A DNA stretch of 32,000 nt from Candidatus Iainarchaeum sp. (lineage in GTDB: Archaea > Iainarchaeota > Iainarchaeia > Iainarchaeales > JACQJH01): NCBI GenBank assembly GCA_016205145.1, contig JACQJH010000001.1, positions 150,001-182,000 on the forward strand, written 5' to 3'. The position numbers were made by a program, and so were the translations under genes. The notes below the pieces were generated by a model. The model saw nothing but the letters and a program-made list of their open reading frames with translations, was not told the origin of the DNA and made no database searches. Below, piece by piece: positions 7,790-16,223 of the stretch (position 1 is its first letter; each line of letters starts with the position of its first letter).

Positions 7790-7811
7790 AGCTTTTCCCT
7801 CCGTCAAAATT

Positions 7812-8333
7812 TTACTTTCCCCTTTTGCCCCTGTTCCGCTTTTTTTTCCTGCAGCCGTCGTGCGGCAATGGCGTTACGTTTTCTATTTTCCTTATCCTGA
7901 GGCCGTTTCTTGTCAGGCTCCTGATTGCGGCTTCCGCTCCCGGGCCTGGAGAAGCGGGCTTGTTGCCGCCCGGCCCCCTGACCAGAACGTCGACTTCGAA
8001 AATTTCCTTTTCCTTCGCCTTGTCAGCCGCTATTTCAGCTATTTTCATTGCAGCGTAAGGGCTGCCTTCCTTGTGCTGTGCCTTTATGACCTGGCCGCCC
8101 GAGCATTTTGCGATTGTTTCGGCGCCGGTTATGTCCGTTACAAGCATGATTGTGTTGTTGTGTGACGCGAAAAGGTGCACTATGCCGCGCTTTCCCCTCG
8201 GCGTGTATTCCCTGCGTTCCCTGTAAGCCGGGGCTTCTTCCTGCTGTGTTTCCTGGCTTTTGGCCTGCGGCTTTTCTTCCGCTTTTTCCTGTGCCTTTTG
8301 GCCTGATTCGTGCGCGCTTGTTTCTTTAGGCAT
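7812..8333 (-). CDS. rps11: 30S ribosomal protein uS11 with about 45-aa N-terminal low-complexity extension
   Basis: [31 protein letters not shown]...[33 protein letters not shown]...[33 protein letters not shown]. Confidence 0.95.
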   Translation of the reverse strand: MPKETSAHESGQKAQEKAEEKPQAKSQETQQEEAPAYRERREYTPRGKRGIVHLFASHNNTIMLVTDITGAETIAKCSGGQVIKAQHKEGSPYAAMKIAEIAADKAKEKEIFEVDVLVRGPGGNKPASPGPGAEAAIRSLTRNGLRIRKIENVTPLPHDGCRKKKRNRGKRGK

Positions 8334-8931
8334 TTTCTGTCACTTCCCCTGCGGCAGCTTCGGTTTCCGGTGCGTTTTCCCCGGTTTCGCCTTTCGCTGC
8401 CTCGAATTCTTTTTTGAGCGCCGCCTTGGATTTTTCCTGCACGGCTTCCTTCAAAATTTCCTTTCCGTAAAAGCCGACCTTGTTTTCCTGTTCCCTGCTT
8501 ACAAGGTAGCCCGGAACGCTTACCTTGCGGCCGTTTACGCCGATGTGGCCATGCGTTATGAACTGCCTTGCCTGCACAGCCGAGTTTGCAATGCCTTTCC
8601 TGTAAGCGACTGTCTGCAATCTCCTTTCAAGGAATGCCTCGATTGTCAGGCCGAGCACATCGTCCAAGGTCGCTTTGGGTTCGAGCAGGCCCTGCCTTAC
8701 AAGGCTTTCAATGAATTTCTGCTGCGAGTCGCCCCTTTTTTCCAGCGGCGTTGCAATAAGCTTTCTTGCGGTTTCCCTTTTCTGCCTGAGCATGGTTTTT
8801 GTCTTCCACAGCTCGCGCTTGTTCTTCAAGCCGTATTTTTTCTTAAGCTCCCTTTCAACTGCAAGCGTAGCGCTTTCCCACCGCTTTTTCGGGCCTTCGA
8901 ATTTCTTTGTGGTCTTTTTAGGGTCTCCCAT
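8326..8931 (-). CDS. rps4: 30S ribosomal protein uS4
   Basis: [19 protein letters not shown]...[11 protein letters not shown]...[44 protein letters not shown]. Overlaps the S11 start by 8 nt. Confidence 0.95.
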   Translation of the reverse strand: MGDPKKTTKKFEGPKKRWESATLAVERELKKKYGLKNKRELWKTKTMLRQKRETARKLIATPLEKRGDSQQKFIESLVRQGLLEPKATLDDVLGLTIEAFLERRLQTVAYRKGIANSAVQARQFITHGHIGVNGRKVSVPGYLVSREQENKVGFYGKEILKEAVQEKSKAALKKEFEAAKGETGENAPETEAAAGEVTENA

Positions 8932-8941
8932 TCATGTCACC

Positions 8942-9577
8942 TTACTTTTTCTTCGGCGCCGCTTCCTTGCCTGCCGCCGGCTTTGCAGCCGCTGCGGCCG
9001 GAGCTTTTGCCTGGCTGCTTTTTGCGTCCTTCTTGAAAACTCCCACTGTCGCGCCCTTTCCGCGGTGCGTTGACTTTGTCCTCTGGCCCCTCACCGGCAG
9101 GCCCCAGCTGAGCCTCAATCCGCGGTACGACCTGATTTCATTGAGCCTTTGCATGTCCTTCCTTCGCGCAAAGTCAAGTTCCGACATGACCAAATGCGAG
9201 CTTTGTCCCGTCTCGTAGTCCTTGCGCCTGTTGAGCATGAATTCGGGCAGGCCGAATTTTCCCGGTGCGAGGATTATTTCCTCAAGTTTCCTGTCCTGTG
9301 CCTCGCTCATCCTGCCGAGTTCCCTATTTGCGGAAACCCCTGTCTGGCGTTCAAACGCGCCCGCAATGGCTTTCGCGCTTCTCTGCCCAATGCCCTTCAA
9401 ATCCATTATCGCCCTTCTGACTGGCAGCGAACCATCAAGGTCCTTGTTGTTTATCCTGACAATCAGCCTTGTCTCTTCCTGGTTCTGCTGCACCGGCGCG
9501 GCTTTTGCGCCTGCCGCCGGATGCGCATCGTCCTTTTTGTGAACCGGGTTTACGGGTGTTTTCGTGTCCATTTGCAT
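8942..9577 (-). CDS. rps13: 30S ribosomal protein uS13 with N- and C-terminal extensions
   Basis: LIVRINNKDLDGSLPVRRAIMDLKGIGQRSAKAIA...IRSYRGLRLSWGLPVRGQRTKSTHRGKGATVGV. ATG 9577 shares one nt with the L14e stop (TGATG). Confidence 0.93.
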   Translation of the reverse strand: MQMDTKTPVNPVHKKDDAHPAAGAKAAPVQQNQEETRLIVRINNKDLDGSLPVRRAIMDLKGIGQRSAKAIAGAFERQTGVSANRELGRMSEAQDRKLEEIILAPGKFGLPEFMLNRRKDYETGQSSHLVMSELDFARRKDMQRLNEIRSYRGLRLSWGLPVRGQRTKSTHRGKGATVGVFKKDAKSSQAKAPAAAAAKPAAGKEAAPKKK

Positions 9578-9798
9578 CAAACCTTCAAAAGTTTAACTAT
9601 GTCCTCATGGGGCGCGTTTTCCTTTATCGCTATTTTCTGGGATGTCGGAAAGAGATGCCGCGGATTGCATTTCGCCCTTTTCACCTGCGGGCCGTCGACC
9701 AGGACAAAGTCTTTCTCCCACGAAACCACGACGGCCTTTTTGCCGGATTCGCGGCCCTTGGTTTTAATGCAAACCGTGCCAATTTCGAGCGTTGTCAT
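9577..9798 (-). CDS. rpl14e: 50S ribosomal protein eL14 (L14e)
   Basis: MTTLEIGTVCIKTKGRESGKKAVVVSWEKDFVLVDGPQVKRAKCNPRHLFPT is the KOW-type L14e pattern. Confidence 0.9.
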   Translation of the reverse strand: MTTLEIGTVCIKTKGRESGKKAVVVSWEKDFVLVDGPQVKRAKCNPRHLFPTSQKIAIKENAPHEDIVKLLKV

Positions 9799-9829
9799 TT
9801 TTTTTCACCAGAACAAACACAATCCAATT

Positions 9830-10177
9830 TCACTGCCTTTCAAGCGCCTTGATTTCCTGTTCAACGAACTTCCTTATCCTGAAGTCGACGTCGTTCAGGC
9901 CTTTCAGGCTTTCCCTGACTTTCACTGCCTCTTCGACTATCTGCGTCCTTGCCCTGCTTGAAAGCACTCCGCCGTACCTGACCGAGGGCCTTCTTTTTGT
10001 CTTTGCAAGCTTTCTTGTCTTGGCAATTCCCTTGCCGTGCGGCACGCCGTGCAACGCTTCTCCCGTTATCGGGCACGCCTTTTTCGACGCTTTGCGTGCC
10101 GAGGAGACCTTCCTCGTCTTCGCGGAAATGCTTTTCCTGAATTTTTGTTTCCTGTACCTTTCACTTCTTTTCGGCAT
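9830..10177 (-). CDS. rpl34e: 50S ribosomal protein eL34 (L34e)
   Basis: MPKRSERYRKQKFRKSISAKTRKV...KACPITGEALHGVPHG...KRRPSVRYGGVLSSRA. ATG 10177; the ORF-track start at 10201 is TTG. Confidence 0.88.
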   Translation of the reverse strand: MPKRSERYRKQKFRKSISAKTRKVSSARKASKKACPITGEALHGVPHGKGIAKTRKLAKTKRRPSVRYGGVLSSRARTQIVEEAVKVRESLKGLNDVDFRIRKFVEQEIKALERQ

Positions 10178-10664
10178 TTTTTCCGCCCCTGAAATGTTCA
10201 AATGCTGTGAACGCGAGGTTTATTGCAGCGCTGAATATCAGCGACAGCAAAACATACCATCCAATCCAGCTTGTCTGCTCGTAAAACACTATGCTCCAGT
10301 TGCTCCCGAACCATGGCACGGGCACGGGCAAATCGATTATTGCCTTGCCGTACAACGGAGGGATGACAAAAACGAAAACTGCCAATGTGACGGGAAGGTA
10401 GAAAAGCAGGTACTTGTTCATGGCCTGCATGCTTTCAAGCGAGATTTCCATCATTTCCTTCTGGACCGCCTCAAGCTCCTTCATTGCGTTCTTGTCATCG
10501 GTTTTCTTCATTAACTCCTTTGCCTTTGCCTGCTTTTCCTTGAGCTTTTTCTGGCTTGCCTTCTGCTTTTTTGTTATGCCCATTTTTTCCTGGAGCGCCC
10601 TCGACCCGATTGCGAGCAGCGCGCTTATCACGGCAATGTCTGCCGCCGGGTTAATGAATGCCAT
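10161..10664 (-). CDS. DUF106 / EMC3-TMCO1-like membrane protein (archaeal Oxa1/YidC-superfamily candidate)
   Basis: TM1, then a Lys/Glu-rich coiled-coil (KKQKASQKKLKEKQAKAKELMKK...LEAVQKEMMEISLESMQAM), then 2 TM helices. Sits at the conserved position downstream of secY. Confidence 0.7.
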   Translation of the reverse strand: MAFINPAADIAVISALLAIGSRALQEKMGITKKQKASQKKLKEKQAKAKELMKKTDDKNAMKELEAVQKEMMEISLESMQAMNKYLLFYLPVTLAVFVFVIPPLYGKAIIDLPVPVPWFGSNWSIVFYEQTSWIGWYVLLSLIFSAAINLAFTAFEHFRGGKNAEKK

Positions 10665-10680
10665 TTTAAAACCCCGACCT

Positions 10681-10756
10681 GATTGAATTGCCGGAATTCA
10701 ATCCCAGAAAATAGCGCAAGCAACCATTATTTGTCATGTAAATGTTATAAAAAGCT
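10681..10756 (-). promoter_or_regulatory. Candidate promoter (TTTTTATAA box) plus 9-bp leader hairpin upstream of the DUF106 gene
   Basis: Minus strand reads AAAAGCTTTTTATAACA (10742-10758). Perfect hairpin gattgaatt-gccgg-aattcaatc (10681-10703) lies 17 nt upstream of ATG 10664. Confidence 0.35.
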
Positions 10757-10823
10757 TTTGACGCGCCGGGCACACTTGCCTCTGCCGCCTCCTGAAATGG
10801 CCTTGGAACCTTTGCCATTGTGC

Positions 10824-10935
10824 CTGTTTTCACTTGAAAAACCTCTCCGAGGCAGGGGACTCCGTCCCCTCGCGCGCCCCTTGAGCCTTTAATGCTGTTT
10901 CTGTTTTTCACTTGAAAAACCTCTTCAGCAGGGGG
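10824..10935 (-). repeat. Family-1 intergenic insert downstream of secY, flanked by a duplicated secY 3' end
   Basis: ttttcacttgaaaaacctct occurs at 10827-10846 and 10905-10924, with extended similarity over 10824-10857 and 10901-10935. Between them lie hairpin AGGGGAC-TCC-GTCCCCT (10854-10870) and a core that is near-identical to 24355-24386. Confidence 0.75.
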
Positions 10936-12299
10936 TGCGTCTGCATGAGCTGTTCCTTTGCCAGATCCTCGTACAGCCTGTAGACTATGCCGACCGTGAG
11001 CAGTATGCCTGTGCCGGATGCCAATGCTCCGACAGTCATGTCGCCGACGCCTGCAAGCAGGGCAACAAAAATCGAGCCGATGATTGTTATGGGCGGAATG
11101 TACTTTTCGAGTATGCTGAGGATGATGCGCTTGTCGCGCCTGAAGCCTGGAATGTACATTCCTGATTTTGAGAGCTGTTCGGCGACCGCTTCCGGCCCCT
11201 GCCCGCCCATGTTGACCCAGAACATGCCGAAGACAACGCAGCATGCGGTAAGCACGATGATGTAAGCCAGGCCCTGCACCAATGCCGCGCTCGTGGCGGC
11301 GTTCAGGCCGATTGTGATAAGGCCTTCTATCAGGGGCAGGCCGCCGACGCTCGGAACAGTTGTTATGTATGCCAAAAAGTCGAACACGCCTTTCAGCAGC
11401 ACTCCGATTACGGGAATGTTGCCGACAGCGAGCGCCCAAATGCGGATGTTTGCAAACAATGCAACCGCAAGTATGACTGGAATGTTTGAAACGTACAGCA
11501 GTTTGACCGGAAAGCGCCCGCCCATGCCGGTTTTTCCCATTGCAATCGGAATGTTGACGTGCATTCCTTCCGCGAACACGATTATCAAAAAAATCGCAAA
11601 GACTATCAGTATGGGCAGTATGAACGAAATGAAGTCAAATGTCTTGACGAACATGAACAGGTATCCGCCGTCTGCAAGCAGTGGATTGAGGCCAAGGCTT
11701 GTTATCAAGTCAATCGGCAATGGCGGCCTGAAAACCTGCCAGAGGAAAGACTGTGCAACGCCGCCCGCAATGAAAAGGCTTATGCCCGAACCTATTCCGT
11801 ATTTTGAAACCACTTCATCCAGGTAAAGCAGTATGAGCGAGCCGAGCGCAACCTGCAGTATGACAAACGGAAGCATGCCGGGATATGGTTTCAGCAGCCC
11901 GGACATCGTGTAGACCGCGGCTTCGAAAAAGCACAGCACTATTGCAAAAAGTTTCTGCAGGCCCTGGAAGTGCGCCTTGCCTTTCGGATCGGTCAGGTCT
12001 ATTTCGAGTATTTTTCCGCCGACAAGCAGTTGCAGTATGATTGACGCCAGGACAATCGGGCCGATTCCCGCCGTAATGAGAGTTCCGATGTTGCTTGCAA
12101 GGATTACTTGCAGTGATTCAAGCTGGCCCGCATTCGCGGCCTGGTCGATGCCGACAACAACCACTGCACCCATTATGAAAAAGAGAAGCAGTGCGCCCGC
12201 GCTCCACATTATTTTCTGTTTCAGCGGCGGCGAGGCTTCAGGGTTTTTGACTTCCGGCAGCAGCCTGTACACCGGTTCCAAAGCCTCGACTATTCCCAT
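10908..12299 (-). CDS. secY: Protein translocase subunit SecY
   Basis: 463 aa, 10 TM helices. Starts MGIVEALEPVYRLLPEV..P; contains GIGPIVLASIILQLL and LLYVSNIPVILAVAL. Sits after L15. Confidence 0.95.
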   Translation of the reverse strand: MGIVEALEPVYRLLPEVKNPEASPPLKQKIMWSAGALLLFFIMGAVVVVGIDQAANAGQLESLQVILASNIGTLITAGIGPIVLASIILQLLVGGKILEIDLTDPKGKAHFQGLQKLFAIVLCFFEAAVYTMSGLLKPYPGMLPFVILQVALGSLILLYLDEVVSKYGIGSGISLFIAGGVAQSFLWQVFRPPLPIDLITSLGLNPLLADGGYLFMFVKTFDFISFILPILIVFAIFLIIVFAEGMHVNIPIAMGKTGMGGRFPVKLLYVSNIPVILAVALFANIRIWALAVGNIPVIGVLLKGVFDFLAYITTVPSVGGLPLIEGLITIGLNAATSAALVQGLAYIIVLTACCVVFGMFWVNMGGQGPEAVAEQLSKSGMYIPGFRRDKRIILSILEKYIPPITIIGSIFVALLAGVGDMTVGALASGTGILLTVGIVYRLYEDLAKEQLMQTHPLLKRFFK

Positions 12300-12324
12300 T
12301 CATTCACCTAAAATGCACTGATGC

Positions 12325-12822
12325 CTATTTCTTGTTTTCTGTTTCCCCCGTGTCGCCTTCCGTTTCCTCTGCCTCGAACTCTTCGTCCTCTTCCTCCAGG
12401 GCTTCCACTCCCTCGATCCTGCCGCCGGCTTCGCTTATTTTTTTCGCCGCCCTCTTGCTTGCCTTGAAATTTTTCAGCAGCACCGCATCCTTTATCGCCC
12501 CGGTTCCGAGAATTTTCTGGAAACCGACTTTTTTTGCGTCAACGACAGTCAGGCTCTCCTCTTTTCCGACAAGCTTCTTCGCCTCCCATTCCGCAAGCTT
12601 TTGCTGCAACTGCCCGACGTTCAGCGCTTTTGCGTTGGTTTTTGTTTTGAGCTTTCCCTTTTTTCCGAACGCATCGTAGTACTTGCTGAACTTGTGCTTG
12701 TGGCTTCCCGCCCGTCCGACGCCGCCCTTCACACCAGAACCGCGCTTGTTTTTCGTGTTGCCTTTCGCGTGCGTCCTCTGGCCGCGCAGCTTGTTCTTTT
12801 TCCTTCTCGTCCTGACTGTCAT
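12325..12822 (-). CDS. rpl15: 50S ribosomal protein uL15 with acidic C-terminal tail
   Basis: MTVRTRRKKNKLRGQRTHAKGNTKNKRGSGVKGGVGRAGSHKHKF... ATG 12822 follows AGGTG. Tail: EALEEEDEEFEAEETEGDTGETENKK. Confidence 0.93.
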   Translation of the reverse strand: MTVRTRRKKNKLRGQRTHAKGNTKNKRGSGVKGGVGRAGSHKHKFSKYYDAFGKKGKLKTKTNAKALNVGQLQQKLAEWEAKKLVGKEESLTVVDAKKVGFQKILGTGAIKDAVLLKNFKASKRAAKKISEAGGRIEGVEALEEEDEEFEAEETEGDTGETENKK

Positions 12823-12840
12823 TTCAACACCTTTCAAACT

Positions 12841-13317
12841 TCAAACCATTCTTTTTAAGAGGGCATTTATTTCCTTTCCCCTGTTGCCCGAGGCCCCGCC
12901 CACGACAAAAGCCTGCTTTATGCCGAGCCTTTCAAAGCCCTTTCTCGGCGCCTTGAGCCTGAAAAAATTCCGGATGCCGAGCTCTTCCGGCTTTTTGCCC
13001 GCAAGCAGCTGTGCAGCCAGTTTATCAAACGATTCCGCTTCCGCCTTTTTGCCTTTGGCCTTTGTTCCGGTTTCCGCGTTCGTTGCATTCCTCGTTTTTT
13101 TGCCCCTTTTCCTGAGCAGTGTTTCAAGCGTTTCCTGGTCGATTTCGCCGAACGCTATGAACGACTGCGCCTTTGAAAGCATTCCCCCTGTTTCGGGCCT
13201 GTCGGCAACCAGAACCATGCTGTTGTTTTTTCCCAGCCCGAGCAGTTCAAGCGTTTTCTTGGTATCGGGTTTGAGGTGGACCCCGCCCCTGATCCTTACT
13301 GCAGCAATCAATGTCAT
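12841..13317 (-). CDS. rpl30: 50S ribosomal protein uL30
   Basis: MTLIAAVRIRGGVHLKPDTKKTLELLGLGKNNSMVLV...AFGEIDQETLETLLRKRG. Confidence 0.93.
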   Translation of the reverse strand: MTLIAAVRIRGGVHLKPDTKKTLELLGLGKNNSMVLVADRPETGGMLSKAQSFIAFGEIDQETLETLLRKRGKKTRNATNAETGTKAKGKKAEAESFDKLAAQLLAGKKPEELGIRNFFRLKAPRKGFERLGIKQAFVVGGASGNRGKEINALLKRMV

Positions 13318-14060
13318 TTCCTTTCACCGCTTTTTTTTGTCATGTCATCGGACTGCTTCATTTTCGTGGTCTGGGAAAGCGCGTCAATCGCTGCCCTGAT
13401 GAAGTTAAGCATTGTGGAACTGTTGCCTTTGGTCTTGCACCAGACGTCCCTTATTCCGGCAAACACCAGAACGTCCTTGATGTTGTTTCCTGCAACCAGG
13501 CCAATGCCTTTAGGCGCGGGCAAAAGTGCGACCCTGACTGAAGCGCCTTTTCCCTCGACTTTGAAGGGCACGGAATTGTCGTCCGTTGTGGTTGCGGCTT
13601 CCCAGCTGCCTGAGCCCCTTCTTACTTCGACCAGGTTGAGTTTTGCAACCCTTGCGGCCTTTCTTGCAGCGGGCCATTTTTCGACGTCCTTGGCTGTTCC
13701 GACGCCGACAAACTTGTTCCTGTCGCCGACCAGCACTGTAACCCTGAAAGAAAACTTTCTTCCCGCCCTTACAACCCTCGCGGTTTTCTTGACTTCCACC
13801 ATCTTTTCCTCAAGGCTTATCAGGCTGTCCACTATTTCCGGTTCCAGTATTTTCGCGTTTGACGCGAAAATTTCCTCAAGCGTCTTTATTCCGCCGGCCT
13901 TAACCCTTTTTCCAAGGTCGGTTTTCGGAATCCAGCTTTCAAGCATCCTTTCCTTCTGTTCCTCTTCCCTCGTCTTCCTAGGCGAGAACTCCGAGCCTTC
14001 TTCGGCTACGACTGTTTCCTCTTCCTCGCTGCGTTTTCTCGTTCTTTCCTTAGCCATCAT
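13314..14060 (-). CDS. rps5: 30S ribosomal protein uS5
   Basis: WIPKTDLGKRVKAGGI...KKTARVVRAGRKFSFRVTVLVGDRNKFVGVGTAKD...KLNLVEVRRG...LLPAPKGIGLVAGNNIKDVLVFAGIRDVW. ATGA overlap with L30. Confidence 0.95.
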   Translation of the reverse strand: MMAKERTRKRSEEEETVVAEEGSEFSPRKTREEEQKERMLESWIPKTDLGKRVKAGGIKTLEEIFASNAKILEPEIVDSLISLEEKMVEVKKTARVVRAGRKFSFRVTVLVGDRNKFVGVGTAKDVEKWPAARKAARVAKLNLVEVRRGSGSWEAATTTDDNSVPFKVEGKGASVRVALLPAPKGIGLVAGNNIKDVLVFAGIRDVWCKTKGNSSTMLNFIRAAIDALSQTTKMKQSDDMTKKSGERK

Positions 14061-14070
14061 TTTTCACCGT

Positions 14071-14643
14071 TCAAGAGCCCAGAATCTTCTGTTTTGCTTC
14101 GGCAAACTTTTTTGAAATGCTTTTCACGTCAAAGCCGCTTTGCGCATATTTTGAAAACATTTTGCCGAACTCTTCCCCGCCGAGGCTTTTCGCGTAAGCT
14201 TCTATTGTCCTGCCGTCGATTCTTTCCTGCGGCGGGAACGCCTTCTCGTCGGCGGGCAATTCAACGCCCGCGTCAATCAGCCCTTTGAGCGCACCAAACA
14301 CAGTCGAGCCGTGCACTGGCGTGGCGAACCCTATGTCGAGATTGCCTTTTTTCACGCCTTTCTCCTTCGCCCTTTTTCCGCAGAGCAAACCGGTCAGGTA
14401 AGCCGTCGGCGTATTGTTTGTCGGATACCAGCCGAATTCTTTCAGCTGCTTTGATTCGGCCTGCGCCAAAACCGAGTCGTCTTTTCCGTTGAACGCGATT
14501 GCCTGCACAAGGATCCTGGTGTTTGTTTTCCTTACAACTATCCTCGGCGTCTTGCTTTTGAGCATTCCAAGCCTTTTGGCATAGTTTGTCTTCTTCTCGT
14601 GCCTTCTCTTGAATTGCGTTTCATAAGTCGAAGTTTTAGTCAT
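14071..14643 (-). CDS. rpl18: 50S ribosomal protein uL18
   Basis: FKRRHEKKTNYAKRLGMLKSKTPRIVVRKTNTRILVQAIAFN...NTPTAYLTGLLCGKRAKEKGVKKGNLDIG. Confidence 0.95.
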   Translation of the reverse strand: MTKTSTYETQFKRRHEKKTNYAKRLGMLKSKTPRIVVRKTNTRILVQAIAFNGKDDSVLAQAESKQLKEFGWYPTNNTPTAYLTGLLCGKRAKEKGVKKGNLDIGFATPVHGSTVFGALKGLIDAGVELPADEKAFPPQERIDGRTIEAYAKSLGGEEFGKMFSKYAQSGFDVKSISKKFAEAKQKILGS

Positions 14644-15092
14644 GCTTTCTCACTTTTGCCCAGAACCATTTCGTCAATGTACTTTTTGCCTTTGAAATAA
14701 CCGCCCTTTATTTTCTTGTAGATTTTCCTATACCCCGCAGTCTCAACCGCTTCCGGGTTCGCCTTGCGCAGTTCCCTTAGCCTGTTCCTCTGCGCCCTCA
14801 CTTTTTCCATCCAGTTTTCCTTTTTTGACGTTCTTGCAGTTGCCCTGCCCTTCCTTTTGCCCTGGCCCTTTTTCCTGCCCTTGCCTTTCTTGGCCGCAGT
14901 TTTTTTTGCGCGGCCCCTGCTGTGCGAGCTTTCCTTCCTTTCGGTTATCGCCTTGGACTTGATGAGCTGCCTGACGTCGTCCTTTGTTATCGCTTCCCCG
15001 ACTTCAGGCATGTTTTCCGGGTCTATGGCTATTTTTGTCTTGCCGGTTTTCAGCAGCCTTGCCGCGATCCCCTTTGCTTTTTCCGCATCCAT
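14640..15092 (-). CDS. rpl19e: 50S ribosomal protein eL19 (L19e)
   Basis: MDAEKAKGIAARLLKTGKTKIAIDPENMPEVGEAITKDDVRQLIKSKAI...SRGRAK...WMEKVRAQRNRLRELR. ATG 15092 follows GAGGTG. Confidence 0.93.
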   Translation of the reverse strand: MDAEKAKGIAARLLKTGKTKIAIDPENMPEVGEAITKDDVRQLIKSKAITERKESSHSRGRAKKTAAKKGKGRKKGQGKRKGRATARTSKKENWMEKVRAQRNRLRELRKANPEAVETAGYRKIYKKIKGGYFKGKKYIDEMVLGKSEKA

Positions 15093-15103
15093 TCCAAAGC
15101 ACC

Positions 15104-15628
15104 TCAATTCAGCAGGAGCAGGTTTTTCTCCTTCGCCTTTTTCGTTATCTGCTCGCGCTTTTTCTTGCCCACGGTTCCGGAAATCCTCAATGCGATTTCC
15201 TGTCCCGCGGACAGCCTTTCAATGTCCTTTTCGTTTGCCACAAGGATTTCAGCATAGCCGGAGGGATGCAGATGCCTTATTCTCCTGTCCGTGCCATAAC
15301 CGGTTTTCGGTATCGGGCCGTTCTCAATGTCCCTGATATTGTCGATTCCGCGCGGCTTCCTCCACTTCTGCCATTTCTTGTTGGCAACTCTCCTTATGCT
15401 GCGGTTTCCGAACCTTCCCTTGAATAAAAGCCTTCTCTTCTGCCTGATTTTTTCCTGCAGTTTTTTGGTTTCCTTCGACCTTTTCGGGCCGGTGCGCTTG
15501 GTTTTTGTCGCGGGCCCGGTCGACTTTGCAGCCTGCTTTTTTTCCGCGTTTCCGGAACTCTCCGCCTTTTTCTGCGCGGCCTTTTTCGCTTCCACTGTTT
15601 TTGCCTTTTTTTCCACAGCCATTTTCAT
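15104..15628 (-). CDS. rpl32e: 50S ribosomal protein eL32 (L32e) with about 60-aa Lys/Ala-rich N-terminal extension
   Basis: ...FKGRFGNRSIRRVANKKWQKWRKPRGIDNIRDIENGPIPKTGYGTDRRIRHLHPSGYAEILVANEKDIERL. Confidence 0.9.
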   Translation of the reverse strand: MKMAVEKKAKTVEAKKAAQKKAESSGNAEKKQAAKSTGPATKTKRTGPKRSKETKKLQEKIRQKRRLLFKGRFGNRSIRRVANKKWQKWRKPRGIDNIRDIENGPIPKTGYGTDRRIRHLHPSGYAEILVANEKDIERLSAGQEIALRISGTVGKKKREQITKKAKEKNLLLLN

Positions 15629-15654
15629 TCACTCAGTCGTTTTTTTTCCAAAAA

Positions 15655-16203
15655 TCATTTTTCATGCAGGCTTCCGGTTTCAACCAGGTAGACTCCGTCC
15701 TGGAATATGCGCCAGTCCTTTCCCTTGACGCGCGAGGTCTGCTCCAAGTTTGCGGCGGTCTGCCCGACGTCTTCCTTGCTTGAACCGCTTACTATGATTT
15801 CCTTTCCCTTCACTTCGACCTTTGTAGAGCCGACGATTTTCGATTTTCTCGGCTTTTTTTCGCCCAAAAAATTGTTTATTTCCACGACACTGCCCTTCAC
15901 TGCCAAGGTCATGGGAAAGTGCGAGTATGCCACTTCAAGCCTGTACCTGTAGCCTTTCTGCAGGCCTTCAATCATGTTCTTTATGTGCGATTTGAGCGTG
16001 TTCACGACAACCATCGTCTTTCTCTTTTCGTCAAGCGCGATGATTGCCACTGCATTGCCTTCAATCCTGAAAGAAACGCTTTTTGCCTTGAATTTTTTTG
16101 AAACGCTTCCTTTGGCGGACTTCAGCGTAATGGTCTTCGCCTGCAATTCGGCGTGGATGCCTTCCGGCATTGCGACTTTTTCCTGAACCTTTTCGTTTGC
16201 CAT
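15655..16203 (-). CDS. rpl6: 50S ribosomal protein uL6
   Basis: Trimmed to ATG 16203 (MANEKVQEKVAMPEGIHAELQAKTITLKSAKGSVSKKF...YRYRLEVAYSHFPMTLAVKGSVVEINNFLGEKKPR). Confidence 0.93.
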   Translation of the reverse strand: MANEKVQEKVAMPEGIHAELQAKTITLKSAKGSVSKKFKAKSVSFRIEGNAVAIIALDEKRKTMVVVNTLKSHIKNMIEGLQKGYRYRLEVAYSHFPMTLAVKGSVVEINNFLGEKKPRKSKIVGSTKVEVKGKEIIVSGSSKEDVGQTAANLEQTSRVKGKDWRIFQDGVYLVETGSLHEK

Positions 16204-16223
16204 CCAAAAAACCTTTTCCCATT

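Noticed and set aside
10824-10935. Reading the duplicated-end/insert/duplicated-end units (also 24299-24447 and 16811-16934) as mini CRISPR arrays (repeat-spacer-repeat).
   Set aside because: Each has only two repeats, the repeats are the local gene ends and differ between loci, and the 'spacers' are homologous to each other. No cas genes are in the window. I keep only the mechanistic analogy of a long staggered integration as a hypothesis.
10666-11439. 257-aa Arg/His-rich minus-strand ORF overlapping the secY 3' half and the secY-DUF106 spacer.
   Set aside because: It is out of frame within secY and its composition is not protein-like. Its 50-aa tail (MAKVPRPFQEAAEAS...) covers the promoter-like region and has no support as a gene.
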